DNA of 64,000 nt from Planctomycetota bacterium (GTDB lineage Bacteria; Planctomycetota; UBA11346). The stretch is from NCBI GenBank assembly GCA_038231435.1, contig JBBRLJ010000028.1, forward strand, positions 13,765 through 77,764, read 5' to 3'. Of the stretch, positions 20,352-29,430 are shown in pieces. A model generated the notes under the pieces. That model had not been told where the DNA came from and ran no database searches. It saw nothing but the letters and a program-made list of their open reading frames with translations. Every line of letters begins with the position of its first letter. Position 1 is the first letter of the stretch. The translations under genes and the position numbers were made by a program.

Positions 20352-21728
20352 TCAAGGTCCCGTGCTGCCGGCGATTGGCGAGCTCAAGGCCGCATCCGCT
20401 TCCGCCAGCGACGCGATGTGCCGGAGCACGCGCCGATGGATCGCGTGGATGAAAGCCTCGGACCACAGCGACCAGTAGGCTTCGGGTCGCACGTCGACCT
20501 GGTACCAGGTGCTGCCTTCCAGGCGGGTGCGGCCCGCGGGCAAGGCGATGAGCCGGAACTCGCCGCGTCGGCTCGCGAGGTAGCCATCGAGGTGCGGCGC
20601 CCGCACCTCGGGCCACGGGCTCAGCTCCTTCATGGCGGGCGGCTGGGCCACGACATCGAACGCGAGCCGCGACCCGGGCTCCCAGACGGTGATGGGCTCG
20701 ACGAAGGGACCGGTGGTGAACTCGTAGTAGCGTATCGCGCCGACACCAGAACCGACGATGCGCGCGCGCAGCGGGCACGCGATTCCGAGCGCGAAGATGC
20801 CGTCCGGCTTCGGGAGATCCGGAAACGACACCACCCGCTCCCAGACCGCCGCGGGCGGAGCCGCGACCTCGACACTGCTGCGCACCTCACGCAGCAGCGC
20901 GGGCTGGTGGCGCGTCTCCTGCCAGGCGATGGTCGGCAGCAGTAACAGCGGCAGGAGCAGCGTCCCACGGGAACGGAGTCCGCCGGCTCGGCCGCCGCTG
21001 CACAGCGCCCAGCCGAGCGCACTCCCGATCAGCATCAGGAAGGCCGCTATCGGCCAGGCCATCGCCACGCACATGGCGCCCTCGACCGCGACTCCGATCA
21101 TCACCAGCAGGCATAGCACCAGAGCCGCCTGACCGATGGCGATCGCGCCGCCGATTCCGATGTCGCCGGTACGGCGCGCGATCCCAGCGCTCACCACGCC
21201 CATCGCCACTGGCGTGAACACGAACAAGGCCATGCCATAGGTGCGCAGTGCATAGACCCCGAGCAGGAGCATCCCGCCAGCGACCGCGCCGCTCGCCAAC
21301 ATCGCGAGCAACGCCGCGGCGAAGCGCGGCAGGCGATGATCAGGCGGCTGCTCGACATCGCCCCGCCCAGCCGGCTCGGAGCGAGGCGCTGCCGCCAGCA
21401 ACACCATCACCAGCCAGTTGAACACGGGCAGCAGGAAGAGCGCACCGTTCCAGCTCGGATAGCCGGCGTCGATCGCGCGGCGCATACTCATGTTCAGACC
21501 GATCCAGATGAACGGCAGTGTCCAGGCGAGCACCACCCACGCTCCGACATCGCCATACAGCTCGGCGCGGTGCGTGACCATCGGATCGATGAACTGCAAC
21601 GGGCTCAGCATCGCGCCCGTGAGCCTCCACAGCAGCGCGGTCTCGCCGAGGTACTTCACCACCATGAGCACGACGCCGGTGACGAGGTAATCGCGACGCG
21701 ACACGCGCTCGCGATAGCCGAACCACAA
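20352..21728 (-). CDS. DUF805 membrane protein fused to an SRPBCC/START domain
   Basis: SRRDY...SMRRAIDAG (DUF805), multiple TMs, C-terminal APPAAVW...FTTGPFVEPITVW...LEGSTWY; start uncertain. Confidence 0.75.
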   Translation of the reverse strand: MWFGYRERVSRRDYLVTGVVLMVVKYLGETALLWRLTGAMLSPLQFIDPMVTHRAELYGDVGAWVVLAWTLPFIWIGLNMSMRRAIDAGYPSWNGALFLLPVFNWLVMVLLAAAPRSEPAGRGDVEQPPDHRLPRFAAALLAMLASGAVAGGMLLLGVYALRTYGMALFVFTPVAMGVVSAGIARRTGDIGIGGAIAIGQAALVLCLLVMIGVAVEGAMCVAMAWPIAAFLMLIGSALGWALCSGGRAGGLRSRGTLLLPLLLLPTIAWQETRHQPALLREVRSSVEVAAPPAAVWERVVSFPDLPKPDGIFALGIACPLRARIVGSGVGAIRYYEFTTGPFVEPITVWEPGSRLAFDVVAQPPAMKELSPWPEVRAPHLDGYLASRRGEFRLIALPAGRTRLEGSTWYQVDVRPEAYWSLWSEAFIHAIHRRVLRHIASLAEADAALSSPIAGSTGP

Positions 21729-21799
21729 ATGGAGGAGACGGGAAGCGGTCAGCGCCGGGACGTTAACGAGTGGGCTAGGGGATCAAGATGGGGTGTAGA

Positions 21800-21945
21800 G
21801 CGGGAAAGAGGAAAAGAGGAAAGTTCAGAGCGAAAAGCACGAGCGCAGATCACCATCACATGAGTGTCATTTCCCCTGGTATCACCTCAAGCGTTCTGCT
21901 CTCCGCCTTCCGCTCATCGCTCATCGCTCATCCCTGTCCCTTCCC
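21800..21945. repeat. Short 7-bp tandem arrays (purine-rich, then CGCTCAT x3)
   Basis: GGAAAGAGGAAAAGAGGAAAG near 21803; CGCTCAT x3 at 21911-21931. Confidence 0.5.
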
Positions 21946-21975
21946 CCTCCTCTCCCCTCTCCATGATCACGGTCG

Positions 21976-22674
21976 ATGCCCGTCACGTTCATCGGCGACG
22001 TCCACGGGTGGAGCGATCGGCTCGACCGCGTTCTCGCGCGCGCCGAGGGCACGCTGGTTTTCATGGGTGATCTCATCGATCGTGGGCCCGACGCTCCGGG
22101 CGTGCTCGAGCGCGTGCATCGGCTGTGCACTGATGGGCGCGCGCTGTGCCTGATCGGCAACCATGAATACGCGCTCGTGCGCTCGATCGGCTCCGACACC
22201 ATCGGCATCGAGCCCGATCCGGATTTCTTCGAGGCCTGGCGCGATGGCTTCGGTGGGGCGGCGGTGCTGGCGGCGTATGGCGTCGCAACGGCCGAGGCGC
22301 TGCGTGAACGCCTCGGGCCTCTGCTCGACTGGATCACCCTGCTGCCGTGGGTCCTCGAAGGCGAGGAAGCCGGCCAGCACTGGATCGCCGTCCATGCCGG
22401 ACTGTCCGGCAACGTCCCCTTCGCCGATCAGATGGACCAGCTGCGGAGCGGTTGGCGCGGGAGCGAATCGCCGCCCGAGGCGTTGTTCAGCAAGGAGCGT
22501 AAATTCTCGCTGCCGCCCGATCTGCCGGCGGGCTACTGCGTGGTCAGCGGGCACACGCCGCTGCCGCAGGCCTTCGTCAGCCAGGCGAGGATCCTGTGCG
22601 ATACCAGCGGGGGGCAGAAACATCGGCAGTTGAGCGGAGTGGTGTGGCCGGAGGGGAGGGTTGTGGAGTCGTAG
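21976..22674 (+). CDS. Calcineurin-like metallophosphoesterase (PPP/ApaH-type)
   Basis: GDVHG, GDLIDRG, GNHE, VHAG and GHTP motifs. Confidence 0.9.
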   Translation: MPVTFIGDVHGWSDRLDRVLARAEGTLVFMGDLIDRGPDAPGVLERVHRLCTDGRALCLIGNHEYALVRSIGSDTIGIEPDPDFFEAWRDGFGGAAVLAAYGVATAEALRERLGPLLDWITLLPWVLEGEEAGQHWIAVHAGLSGNVPFADQMDQLRSGWRGSESPPEALFSKERKFSLPPDLPAGYCVVSGHTPLPQAFVSQARILCDTSGGQKHRQLSGVVWPEGRVVES

Positions 22675-22738
22675 GAGACGGAAGAGGGAAGAGGATATAG
22701 AGGAGGCGCGGTTTCTGTGGGGCTCTCCTCGAATTCGT

Positions 22739-22807
22739 GATCGTAGCGAACGTGCTCGCAGTCAAGGCCGATCGGCGGGGCGCCGATCGCCGCGGGGGAA
22801 CCGCGGT
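22739..22807 (+). repeat. Structured element copy D (5' half only)
   Basis: GATCGTAGCGAACGT..TCAAGGC, a hairpin with a GGG loop, then CCGCGGGGGAACCGCGGT; aligns with copy A at 31089. Confidence 0.7.
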
Positions 22808-22828
22808 TCGCAGCTCGAATCTCTGCAT
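22808..22828 (-). pseudogene. 7-codon remnant of a four-helix-bundle gene (MQRFELR)
   Basis: AAGGAG ribosome-binding site plus ATG directly after element C, as in the intact genes (MSRFERL, MTKIHELR). Confidence 0.5.
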
Positions 22829-22851
22829 GTCGTTCTCCTTGCGCCCCACCG

Positions 22852-22939
22852 CGCGATCGTCCTCGGGGTCAAGGCTGGCCGCCCCGGCCACCGCGGCCCC
22901 CGCGGCCCGGCCTTGATGCCGAGGACGATCGCGACAATC
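22852..22939 (-). repeat. Structured element copy C
   Basis: GATTGTCGCGATCGTCCTCGG..CAAGGC..CCGCGG..CCGCGGTGGCCGGGGCGGCCAGCCTTGA..GACGATCGCG; closely matches copy B. Confidence 0.85.
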
Positions 22940-23168
22940 ACGCCACCGGGGAGAACGCCCACAAAACACATGCCGTCCAGCTGTCCTCGAGCCCTCGAGC
23001 TTGCTCACCTTCGAGCCTTCGAGACTTCACCTTCGACGTCCGGCGTCTGCCCCCCCCCGCTCTCGCCTACCGACGACAACCAACAACGGACATTTCATCC
23101 CAGTCCAAAAAACAAACACGCGCGAGGCAGAGCCCCGCGCGTGTCCACCGTTCACTTCGACGCGTCGA

Positions 23169-25010
23169 CTACGGAGCGGGAGCGGGAGCCGGCACCGGTG
23201 CCCCTTCCACCCCTCCCATCACCTTCACCAACTCCACCTCGAACACCAACAGCGCATTCGCCGGGATCTTCGGCGGCGATCCCGCCTCTCCATATCCCAG
23301 CTCGGGCTTGATGTAGACTTTGAACTTGTCGCCTTCCTTCATCAGCTGCAGCGCCTCGGTCCAACCCTTGATCACCTGGGTGACGCCGAATTCGGCGGGG
23401 GCGTCCTTCGAGGCGTCGAACTCGGTGCCGTCGACGAGCGTGCCCTTGTAGCGGACCTGCACGCGGTCGCTCGGCGCGGGCTTCTTGCCGCCCTCGGGGC
23501 CCGATGAGACGATCTCGTACTGCAGCCCGCTGGCGGTGGTCTTCACCTCGGGGCGCTTGCCGTTGTCGGCGAGCCACTGGCTGTTGGTCTTGCCGGTGTT
23601 GCCGGCCAAGGGTTCGGGCGGCTTGGCCTCGAGCAGCTTGTCCAGCGCTGGGCGCAGCTGCTTGAAGGATTCATCGCTGATGACGTAGTAGTATTTGATG
23701 AAGCGATCCTGGGCCTTGGCGGCCCGCTCGCGGCCGGTGGGCTTCTTCTTCTTCGGCTCCTCGGGCTTGTCGTCGGGCTTCTTCGCCGCCTTGTCCTCGG
23801 CGGCCTTCTTCGCGTCCTCGTCGGTGGCCTCATCGTAGCTGACGAAGACGATCATGTAGCGGCTGTGGCCGGCGGCCTCGGGCTTCTTGCCGTCCTTCTT
23901 ATCATCCGCCTTGGGATCAGTCTTGGGATCAGTCTTGGCATCGTCCTTCTTGTCGGCCTTCGCTTCCGCATCGACGGTGATGTCGTCCTCGGGCGAGCTG
24001 TTGCCGAAGATCAGGTTGTAACGCAGGCCGTCCTTGCTGCCGATGTCCAGACGGCCCTCGGCGCCGATCACGGCCATGTTCTGGCCTTGGATGTTGAGCA
24101 CCGGCGAGGTCTTGTCGATTTCGCCAGGCTTCGAGAAGTAGAAGCCTTTGGTCGACATCTCGCCGAGATCGGCGCTGGACTTCAGGCGGAACTGCCGAAC
24201 TCCGGCGAGCCTGATCGAGGTCAAGGCGCTCACGATGCTCGACGCCGTGCCCTGGGCCAGGCGCTTGTCCGCGGGGAGCGCGGCGGGCGTCGTCCAGGTC
24301 TGGTCGAGCGCGCGCACCAATGGGGTCTCGGAACGCATCACCGGGTGGCCGCCGTCGGCCTCGGTGACGATCGAGTAGTCGGCCACGGTGAGGAAGCGCA
24401 CGTCCTCGCTCTTCACCTTGAGCGGGTCCACCTCGACGTAGTCGACGAATTTGGTGCTGAGATCCGGCTTGAGCTTGGCGGTATAGACCTGCTTCTCGGC
24501 GGCATCGCGAACGAAATACATGCTATCGCCCTGTTCCGCGCGCTTGCCGATGATCACGTCGACCATGGTCTTGCCGGTGACGTCCTGCATGGTCACGCGT
24601 TTGCCGCGACCGGATTTCTGCGACAGGTCGGGATCGAGGGGATCGATGACGCCGAGTTCCTCGAACTTCTTCGGGTCGTCGGTGACCGGCCGCGACTTGA
24701 CCACGCCGAGGAAGTTGGCGGTGGCCTTGCCGACGGTGTCTTTGGTGTCGGCGGGGTAATCGTAGCGGCTCGGGATCACCCAGGCTCCGTTCGGCCCCGA
24801 GCGCTTGACCTCGATGAGCTTCGGGACGTTCAGGGTGTCGTCCCACTCGACCACGCGCAGATCGGCGACGTGCTCGGGGACGTCCTTGGCTCCAAATACC
24901 GCCTCGACGGTGGCGGTGTCCTTCTTGGTGGAACCGCCGGAATCCCCCTTCCAGGCCGGATAGGCGGTGACCAGCGCGAGGACGCCGAGGACGATGGGCA
25001 GTGGTCTCAT
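23169..25010 (-). CDS. DUF4340-domain protein fused to an FKBP-type PPIase (Mip/FkpA-like)
   Basis: N-terminal TM, WVIPSRYDYPAD (DUF4340-like); C-terminal TASGLQY..VRYKGTLVDGTEFD..VIKGWTEALQLM..LGYG..IPANALLVFEVEL. Confidence 0.85.
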   Translation of the reverse strand: MRPLPIVLGVLALVTAYPAWKGDSGGSTKKDTATVEAVFGAKDVPEHVADLRVVEWDDTLNVPKLIEVKRSGPNGAWVIPSRYDYPADTKDTVGKATANFLGVVKSRPVTDDPKKFEELGVIDPLDPDLSQKSGRGKRVTMQDVTGKTMVDVIIGKRAEQGDSMYFVRDAAEKQVYTAKLKPDLSTKFVDYVEVDPLKVKSEDVRFLTVADYSIVTEADGGHPVMRSETPLVRALDQTWTTPAALPADKRLAQGTASSIVSALTSIRLAGVRQFRLKSSADLGEMSTKGFYFSKPGEIDKTSPVLNIQGQNMAVIGAEGRLDIGSKDGLRYNLIFGNSSPEDDITVDAEAKADKKDDAKTDPKTDPKADDKKDGKKPEAAGHSRYMIVFVSYDEATDEDAKKAAEDKAAKKPDDKPEEPKKKKPTGRERAAKAQDRFIKYYYVISDESFKQLRPALDKLLEAKPPEPLAGNTGKTNSQWLADNGKRPEVKTTASGLQYEIVSSGPEGGKKPAPSDRVQVRYKGTLVDGTEFDASKDAPAEFGVTQVIKGWTEALQLMKEGDKFKVYIKPELGYGEAGSPPKIPANALLVFEVELVKVMGGVEGAPVPAPAPAP

Positions 25011-25074
25011 GGGATGTCGCTTTCGGTCTGGCTGTACCTGATGACTGGTGCCGTCGTGAGGATGGAGTGTGCCA

Positions 25075-27906
25075 TCACGCCACGCGCTTGCGTGCGGCCG
25101 GCACGTGCGAGCGCTCGCCCACCAGGCGCTTGGTCCATACGATCACCACCAGCAGCGCGAGCAGGACGCTGGGGATGCCGATGGCGAGAGCGCTGACGTA
25201 GCGCTCGACCCCGGCGATGGCTTGGCGCTGATTCGATTTCGCCGCCGCCTCGTTCTTCTCGCGCATCTGATTGACGCGGCTGATCTCGATCTCGACGTTG
25301 CGACTGCCGATCTCGTTGGCGGTGGCGCGCTTGTCCGCCTTGGCGGCATCGTCGTCCTCGCTCTCCTCGATCTTCTGCATCTGACGCTGGAAATCGAGGT
25401 TGATGCGCGCGATCTGCTTCTCGGCGTCCTCCTCGTCCTGCTCGGTCGCCTTGCGCAGCTCGTCCTGGGTCTTGCGGTATTCCTCCTCGATACGCTTGAG
25501 CGGCCGCCGCTCGGGGCGGCGCGTGCGCAGGTCGAGGTAGTCCTTGTCGTTGAAGAGTTGGTCGACGACGTTGCCGGCGAACTGCACGTTGCGCAGGTTC
25601 GAGAGGAAGCGCTTGTCGTCGTCCGAGAACTGCCCGCCCTGGTTTCGGTACAGCTGGAAGAAGATCTCGCTGACGAAGTCGGAGTCGGCGACCAGGATCA
25701 CGTGCACGGGCTTCGGGCTGGGGACTCCGGGCTTGCGCTCCGGCGCGGGCGGGCCGGATTCGCCGGCCTTGGCTTCGGGCGCCGACTTGGGATCGGGCTC
25801 CGGGAAGGCCGCAGCTATGGTGCCGGTGATCTCGACCGCGTAGGTCGGCGGATTCTGCTGATCGCCGGTCGAACGGATCTTGGGATCGGGATTCAGGTTC
25901 ATGCGCCCCGTGTAATCGAAGGTCGCCACGTCCTGCAGCGACACCATGCCCCACGGATAGCCGGCCATGCCCTTGATCAGCGGCGTCACCGTCAGGTCCG
26001 GACGCTTGTCGGCTGCGATGCCTATCGAGCCGGCGAACGGCAGCAGCAGCGAGGTGATGCCGGCCGAGGCTCCGGTCTCACCGTCCTTGCCCTTGACCCG
26101 TTCGCGGTCGATCCACACGAAGGCGCGTGGCATCTGCTTGAGCTTGCGGAACTGATGGCTCGGAATGTAGTCCGACCACACCATCTGGTTCTCGTCGTAG
26201 TCGAGACCGAGGGCTTTCCACAGCGGCTTGATGTCGCCTTTCTTCGGGGCGCTCGCGTCGTCGTTGCCCATGTTGCCATAGGGGCTCTGGTTTGGGCTCT
26301 TCTTCGGCTTGCTTGGGATGAGCTCGGCCTTCTGACTCATCAGCGGCAGCGGATCCTCGAGCAACAGCGTTGGGCGGCCGTTCCAGATGTAATCGTGCAG
26401 GTGCTCGAGCTGGGGCTGGGTGAGGCTCGACGGCTGCGGCACCACCAGCACCTCGACGTCGGCGGCGACGTCGCTGTCGAGGTTCACCGGACGGATCTCG
26501 TACTGCTTCTTCCATTCCTTGACGATCTCCCACTCGGGGACCATGCCGCCGGACTGGAAGTCGAAGCTGCCGTTCATCTCGAGATCGGTCTGGGCGAGTC
26601 CGAGCACGTGCTTCTTGCCCGCGACCACGGCGCGCACCGCGCGCACTACTTCGTATTCGACCGACAGGCCGGGATCGAAGTACTCGATGACCTGGGTCTT
26701 GCCGGCGCACGAGATCGCGGCACCGCAGAACACGTCCTTCTGCTCGCGGCCCGCGGCGTCGTCGCTGAGCACCTGGCGGGTCTTCATGCCGAACTCGCGG
26801 GTGGCCTCGGAACCTGCGGGATCGAGCGCGTCCTCGGGATGCTTGACCTTGAGCTTGATGCGGGTGCTCGCGCGCTCGACGGCGCTGAGCTTGTCCTCGA
26901 CCTCCTTGGCCTTGAGCTGCATGTCGGCGGGCAGCTCCTTGCTGATGTAAGCAGTGATGGTCACCGGCTCGTCGATCGATTTCAGCAGCACCAGGCTGGT
27001 CTTGCTCAGCGACGACTGGCCCTCGACGCTGACATCGGCGTAAGCGCCGAACTTGCCGACGATGAGCGCGACGTTGACGGCCAGGATCAGTCCGAACGCC
27101 AGGCTGAGTACCTGCGCCCACACCCTCGCACCGCTGCCCGGACGCCAGCGGCGGCTGGCGAGCGCGAGCACCGAGGCGCCGAGGCCTCCACCGATGACCG
27201 CGAGCGCGACCACGACGTGGCCGAGCGGCACCACGCCGCGGTTGAACGGATCGAACCACGATCCGAGCGAGGCGAAGAGCATCGCGAAGCCGCACAGCAC
27301 CATGCCGAGCACGAAGGCGATCGTCGGCAGGCTGACGATGACGCTGGCGAACAGGCCGAGCGACGCGAAGGCCATGCCCGCGAGCCACCAGCCGACGTAG
27401 TTCGCGACCACCAGGCCGGCGTCGGGATCGCCGAGCACGGCCAGGGCGGCGACGTTGGACAGGCTGCACAGCAGCGCGATGGTGAAGTAGCTGCACACCG
27501 CGAGGAACTTGCCGAGCAGCGCGTCCAGGATGGAAAGCGGCAGCGTCAGCAGCAGCTCCTCGGTGCCCTGATCGCGCTCGGTGGCCCACGCGCCCATGGC
27601 CAGGGCGGGCAGCAGCACCACCAGCAGCCACGGCATGATCGGTAGCAGCGGCCCGAGGTCCGAGATGTTGCGTGCGTAGAATTTATCGCTCTGGAAGAAG
27701 TAGATCGAGGCCGCGGTCGCGAGCACGAAGGCGAGGATGAAGATGTAGCCGAGCGGATTGCCGAGCAGGCTGGAGAGCTGGCGGCGCCAGACGGCGATGA
27801 TGCCGGTGAGGTGCAGATGGCCGCCGCGCTGCGGGGCTATCCCGGTGCCTGCTGCGGGACCCATCGATGACGAGCCGGGCTGGCCGGCGCTGGCGACGGT
27901 GCTCAT
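25075..27906 (-). CDS. GldF-like ABC permease fused to a GldG-like (ABC_transp_aux) periplasmic domain
   Basis: ERDQGTEELLLTLP..LLGKF permease motif; SLSKTS..LKSIDEPVTITAY, EYEV, VLVVPQP, LVADSDF, DYLDLR. Confidence 0.85.
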   Translation of the reverse strand: MSTVASAGQPGSSSMGPAAGTGIAPQRGGHLHLTGIIAVWRRQLSSLLGNPLGYIFILAFVLATAASIYFFQSDKFYARNISDLGPLLPIMPWLLVVLLPALAMGAWATERDQGTEELLLTLPLSILDALLGKFLAVCSYFTIALLCSLSNVAALAVLGDPDAGLVVANYVGWWLAGMAFASLGLFASVIVSLPTIAFVLGMVLCGFAMLFASLGSWFDPFNRGVVPLGHVVVALAVIGGGLGASVLALASRRWRPGSGARVWAQVLSLAFGLILAVNVALIVGKFGAYADVSVEGQSSLSKTSLVLLKSIDEPVTITAYISKELPADMQLKAKEVEDKLSAVERASTRIKLKVKHPEDALDPAGSEATREFGMKTRQVLSDDAAGREQKDVFCGAAISCAGKTQVIEYFDPGLSVEYEVVRAVRAVVAGKKHVLGLAQTDLEMNGSFDFQSGGMVPEWEIVKEWKKQYEIRPVNLDSDVAADVEVLVVPQPSSLTQPQLEHLHDYIWNGRPTLLLEDPLPLMSQKAELIPSKPKKSPNQSPYGNMGNDDASAPKKGDIKPLWKALGLDYDENQMVWSDYIPSHQFRKLKQMPRAFVWIDRERVKGKDGETGASAGITSLLLPFAGSIGIAADKRPDLTVTPLIKGMAGYPWGMVSLQDVATFDYTGRMNLNPDPKIRSTGDQQNPPTYAVEITGTIAAAFPEPDPKSAPEAKAGESGPPAPERKPGVPSPKPVHVILVADSDFVSEIFFQLYRNQGGQFSDDDKRFLSNLRNVQFAGNVVDQLFNDKDYLDLRTRRPERRPLKRIEEEYRKTQDELRKATEQDEEDAEKQIARINLDFQRQMQKIEESEDDDAAKADKRATANEIGSRNVEIEISRVNQMREKNEAAAKSNQRQAIAGVERYVSALAIGIPSVLLALLVVIVWTKRLVGERSHVPAARKRVA

Positions 27907-28661
27907 GCCGCGACTCCCTTCGTGAGTTCGCGGAAGCGCGCCTCGATCGATTTGCCGCCGGCGAGCTCGGCCGGCGTGCCCTGGAACACCAGGCGGCCCT
28001 CGCTCACCAGGATGACGCGGTCGGCCATCGCCTCTACCTCTTGCAGGATGTGGGTGCTCAGCAGCACGGTCTTGTCCTTCGCGAGCGAGCGCACCAGTTC
28101 GCGCACCAGCTGGATCTGGTTGGGATCGAGGCCCGAGGTCGGCTCGTCGAGGATCAGCACCTTGGGATCGTGCAGGATCGCCTGGGCGAGGCCGAGGCGC
28201 TGGCGGAAGCCCTTCGACAGCTTGCGCACCGGCTTGTGCCAGACCTCCTCGATGCGGCACGAGGCGGCGACGCGATCGAGCGCGGTCTTGAGCGGCGTGC
28301 CCGACATGCCGCGCACCTCGCCGGCGAAGCGCAGGTAGCTGGCGGGCGTCATGTCTGGATAGAGCGGACCATTCTCGGGGAGGTAGCCGAGCAGATGGCT
28401 GGCCTCGATGCGGTGCGTGTCCATGTCGTAGCCGGCGATCAGCGCGCGCCCTGCCGATGGGGCCAGGAAGCCGGTGAGGATCTTCATGGTCGTCGACTTG
28501 CCCGCGCCATTGGGCCCGAGGAAGGCGGTGACCGAACCCTGAGGAACGCTGAAACTGATGTTCTGGATGGCGGTGAATTCGCCGTAGTACTTGCACAGCC
28601 CCTCGGCCTGGATGAGCCCGGGGGTGACGTGTACGGTGGGCGCGGTCGCGGAATCCGGCAT
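27903..28661 (-). CDS. ABC transporter ATP-binding protein (GldA-like)
   Basis: GPNGAGKST, LSKGFRQR, ILDEPTSGLDPNQ, LSTH. Confidence 0.92.
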   Translation of the reverse strand: MPDSATAPTVHVTPGLIQAEGLCKYYGEFTAIQNISFSVPQGSVTAFLGPNGAGKSTTMKILTGFLAPSAGRALIAGYDMDTHRIEASHLLGYLPENGPLYPDMTPASYLRFAGEVRGMSGTPLKTALDRVAASCRIEEVWHKPVRKLSKGFRQRLGLAQAILHDPKVLILDEPTSGLDPNQIQLVRELVRSLAKDKTVLLSTHILQEVEAMADRVILVSEGRLVFQGTPAELAGGKSIEARFRELTKGVAA

Positions 28662-28940
28662 GATGAATCCTCTGGTGGCCCCGCCGGAGACGGCGGAGGC
28701 GTGAGCAGGCGTAGCGGCTTTGACGACGCCGGCCAGGCAACCTTACACGCCTAGCGCGCAGGCCCCCGGTCTGGCGGAGGCGCGTGATTGTGTAGCACCA
28801 TGGCCATGCGCAACCCGGTTGCCCGTACCGGGAGAGGCGGTAGGTAATGACCCCCGCGGCCGCGCCCCCCTTCATTCCGCCAGCTCCGGCCAGTGGATCG
28901 ACCCCAGGCAAGCCCCGCCACTTTTTCCGCAGGAGCCACC

Positions 28941-29405
28941 ATGCAGTTCGACATCAGCCGCGACTTCCTCGATGGCATCATGCTCCAGCAACCCGTCGGC
29001 CGCGACGGCAAGGGCGAGATCCGCGCCGCCGGCCAGCTTCATTTCCTGCCCTCGAGCCCCGACGGCACCATGCACACCGCGGTGGTCGGCTTCGCCCTGA
29101 TGCTCGGCGAGACCGACCAGCCTTTCGCGCGCGGCGGCTGGCGCTTCCTGTTCACCACCGACTCCGCCTTCGATCCGACCAAGGACCCCGAGAACAGCTT
29201 CTTCAACAACCTGCTGGTGCTGGGCTCGGGCAAGATCATGGCCCAGCTCAACAACCTGTGCATGCACGCCAACCTACCGCTCATCCCCTTCGAGCCCGGC
29301 CGCATGGTCATGCAGAAGGCGCCGGCGCCCGGCAATGGCAACGGCAACGGCAACGTGCCACCGAACGTCACCGGAAATCCCCCGGCCCAGGCCAAGAAGG
29401 CATGA
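28941..29405 (+). CDS. Hypothetical protein, possibly SecB-like fold
   Basis: AGGAG ribosome-binding site; four beta-strands then helices ending LNNLCMHANLPLIPFEP. Confidence 0.55.
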   Translation: MQFDISRDFLDGIMLQQPVGRDGKGEIRAAGQLHFLPSSPDGTMHTAVVGFALMLGETDQPFARGGWRFLFTTDSAFDPTKDPENSFFNNLLVLGSGKIMAQLNNLCMHANLPLIPFEPGRMVMQKAPAPGNGNGNGNVPPNVTGNPPAQAKKA

Positions 29406-29430
29406 GCGGAACCACCGTCCCGGCATCGCG

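Noticed and set aside
23905..23945. Tandem TTGGGATCAGTC repeat
   Set aside because: An in-frame coding repeat (KTDP) within a low-complexity linker.
25069..27645. Long antisense ORFs (e.g. 25069-27645 +, 40336-43044 -, 52468-55167 -, 49288-51348 +)
   Set aside because: Shadow frames of well-supported genes, typical of high-GC DNA, with no recognisable motifs.
27907..28911. N-terminal extension of the 1278-aa GldF/G ORF, and the similar extensions of KaiC and the kinases
   Set aside because: The extensions overlap other real genes or are low-complexity; starts were moved to downstream ATGs.
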